Positions 34,027 to 34,169 of a stretch of DNA of 34,169 nt are shown here, in pieces. The DNA comes from Octopus bimaculoides (taxonomy: Eukaryota), in the NCBI RefSeq assembly GCF_001194135.2, contig NC_068984.1:114111943-114146111 (forward strand), written 5' to 3'. How positions within the stretch are numbered: the first letter of the stretch is position 1; each line of letters opens with the position of its first letter. The position numbers and the translations under genes are program-made. Under the pieces are notes generated by a model. That model had not been told where the DNA came from. It worked only from the letters and a program-made list of their open reading frames with translations, and did no database searches.

Positions 34027-34169
34027 TCTCCTTGTCTCCGTATTCTTTCTGTTGAAGAGCGTAGCTCGAAACGTCAAAGACTTTCCGTATTCCCGAGCGT
34101 CATACTAATATATACTTTTGTTATTTACACCACCTGTCCTCGTCTGTTGTTATTATTTGTATATTCTCC
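34027..34169 (+). mobile_element. Penelope-like element terminal repeat fragment (runs off window)
   Basis: Inferred from the GAAGAGC..GCTCGAAACGTC hammerhead-type motif typical of Penelope-like element repeats. No coding part is visible. Confidence 0.5.
34044..34080 (+). ncRNA. Minimal type I hammerhead-ribozyme-like fold (variant core)
   Basis: Stem I TCTTT (34044-48)/AAAGA (34076-80); core CTG[T]TGA plus an extra A; stem II GAGC-GTA-GCTC; GAAA; palindromic ACGT; predicted cleavage after C34075. Position 6 is U instead of the conserved A. Confidence 0.6.

Overview
AT-rich, SINE-dense animal genomic DNA from a draft assembly with four N-gaps. The repeat families look like those of Octopus; this is inferred from recognising the repeats, not from a database search. 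The one host gene is a sirtuin-1 (SIRT1/Sir2 class I) ortholog on the minus strand. I reconstructed 10 coding exons by hand: 32385-32449, 21871-21949, 19641-19885, 14585-14737, 12974-13121, 11585-11664, 10075-10261, 7868-8278, 3402-3542 and 320-1020. All have GT-AG introns and consistent phases, giving 2210 nt (about 735 aa plus stop). The first coding exon appears to lie beyond the right edge. Three exons (32385-32449, 21871-21949) plus the correct frames of 12974-13121 and 10075-10261 are absent from the ORF track. The introns hold about 45 SINE copies from several modular families, a dead CR1-type LINE 3' end, a Helitron helicase fossil, hAT and piggyBac-like MITEs, microsatellites, and at the right edge a Penelope-type terminal repeat with a minimal hammerhead-ribozyme fold. 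Best leads: (1) a genomic His codon (CAC) at the normally invariant Arg of LLRNYTQNID, which one A-to-I edit would restore; (2) a 67-bp-arm SINE hairpin about 600 nt away in the next intron; (3) young inverted SINEs bracketing an in-frame two-exon block; (4) a cassette exon coupled to a tandem acceptor; (5) the variant hammerhead. No wholly new system can be established from sequence alone; these are testable hypotheses. Repeat boundaries are approximate unless a TSD or TIR is quoted.
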